From Octopus sinensis (Eukaryota), in NCBI RefSeq assembly GCF_006345805.1, contig NC_043007.1, forward strand, positions 66,836,001-66,900,000: a DNA stretch of 64,000 nucleotides, in the 5' to 3' direction. Shown here piece by piece: positions 62,471 to 64,000 of this stretch. Made by a program: the position numbers and the translations under genes. Numbering within the stretch: the stretch's first letter is position 1; every line of letters begins with the position of its first letter. The notes beneath the pieces were generated by a model. It had not been told where the DNA came from. It ran no database searches and saw only the letters and a list, made by a program, of their open reading frames with translations.

Positions 62471-62916
62471 AGGCTACAGCAAATATTCTGCTCAATACCA
62501 CAGATTTGTTTGTCAGTAGTTTGACCTCAACCAGTTGAGCATGTCCCTTAGTGGCTGACGATATGTGCGTCTCTCATCACGAGTAGAAGTAGTGGGAGAG
62601 TATCATATCCATGTGTTGAGATGAATTCTTTGGGGTTTGAATAATTCACTTCTGGAAACATGGGTGTTTCGTTCAACATTCTTAAACAAACCTTATTCAG
62701 GGACCTTTTGAGTGGGATGGGCTATTCGACCTGAAGAAAATTCTGATTGGGGCCCCACCTGCAAGGTCATGCGTTATTTTGATATGAGATCACTATTTCA
62801 CGCGCATATGATTGTGATTCATATGCCTGGTGTACCCTTATAAGACGGGTAGTCATTGGGCTTCGTATGTTTGTACCCCAGTGTCACTTTGATGGTATGC
62901 ACTGTTCTCTCACTAA
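62471..62916 (+). mobile_element. NC-TAA, 5'-truncated
   Basis: Ends ctctcactaaataataataat. Confidence 0.8.
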
Positions 62917-62929
62917 ATAATAATAATCC

Positions 62930-63138
62930 TTTCTTCTATAGGTACAAGGCCTGAAATTTAGGGGAAGGGGATAGTCGATTACATTGACACCAGTACTCAA
63001 CTGGTACTTATTTTAGCAAACCGAAATGATGAAAGGCAAAGTCGACCTCGGCGGAATTTGAACTCAGAACGAAAAGACGGACGAAATGCCGCTAAGCATT
63101 TTCCCCAGCGTGCCAACGATTCCGCCAGCTCGCTGCCT

Positions 63139-63141
<3 letters not shown>
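62930..63141 (-). mobile_element. SINE S1, alternative tail; followed by (GAA)n 63140-63246
   Basis: Core and head match S1. Confidence 0.8.
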
Positions 63142-63169
<28 letters not shown>

Positions 63170-63609
63170 AAGAAGAAGAAGAAGAAGAAGAAGAAGAAGA
63201 AGAAGAAGAAGAAGAAGAAGAAGAAGAAGAAGAAGAAGAAGAAGAATGGTACGAGACCTTGAAATTTTGTGGGAGAGGATAAGGGATCAACTGGTACCTA
63301 TTTTATCGATTCCGAAAGGATGAAAGGCACAGACGAATCTGAATTCAAAATGTAAAGCCAGACGAAATGCCTTTAAGCATTTCGAGTTACTTCTCTAATC
63401 TAATTTTTGCTTCATTCATACAAATTAACTAAGCCATAAATGTTTCCTATTCTTTTTGGTATTTGTCTAATCGTCCTTTCTGTGAGTGATAATGTATGAC
63501 AACTGCTGTGCTGATGACGTCTATTGAGGTGGAATGTCGTATCCACAGCTGTTCCCTTGCCTCCTGATAATCAGACTGTCTTTTGTAAATTTTGGAGAAT
63601 TCTTGATTA

Positions 63610-63995
63610 TCTTTTATCTTTTACTTATTTCAATCATTAGATTGCGGTCATGCTGGGGCACCGCCTGGAAGAAACTTTCGTCGAATGAATCGACCCCAGT
63701 ACTTTTTGGTACTTATTCTATCAGTCACTTTGGCCGGACCTTTAAGTTATGGGGGCATAAACAAACCAACATCGGTCGTGAAACGGTTGTGGCGGACAGA
63801 CACAGACACAAAAATACACAAACAAAGATATATAGAGAGATATATAGATATATCTTTCATTTTCTATTAGTTTCCAACTTTGGTTGGACCGAGGCTATAG
63901 CAGAAAACATTTACTTGCCTAAGGTGTCACGCAGTGGGACTGAACTTGGTACCATGTGGTTGGGAAGCAAACCTCTTACCACGCTTGATTAGCTT
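63610..63995 (-). mobile_element. SINE S2, decayed
   Basis: Both halves recognisable. Confidence 0.7.
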
Positions 63996-64000
63996 CCATT

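Overview
AT-rich, microsatellite-saturated eukaryotic DNA. The repeat repertoire suggests a coleoid cephalopod, probably Octopus (inference from recalled repeat types, not verified by search). No host protein-coding exon, promoter or CRISPR array can be supported, and nearly all long ORFs in the track are translated simple repeats. The window looks intronic or intergenic. It holds tRNA-headed SINEs of about three families, decayed LINE pieces (RTE, Tx1/L1-like, R4/Dong-like), Penelope-like element (PLE) remnants of several clades, hAT and mariner remnants, non-autonomous Helitrons/Helentrons and one 100-N gap. Three things stand out. (1) About ten hammerhead-ribozyme (HHR) folds from at least seven unrelated short elements. 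These include a near-canonical type I HHR in a ~350-bp tandem retrozyme-like unit (58228-58297), one next to a tRNA-like head (37321-37368) and one inside a 117-bp inverted repeat (26185-26248). A related insertion has its inversion junction at the predicted cleavage site (30675). (2) A full-length 5.8S rRNA copy fused to a SINE inside one 13-bp target-site duplication (2340-2737). (3) Two co-oriented arrays of Dong/R4-like 3' ends and a non-coding ~560-bp element inserted in (TAA)n. All RNA structures were paired by hand; no folding program or database search was run.
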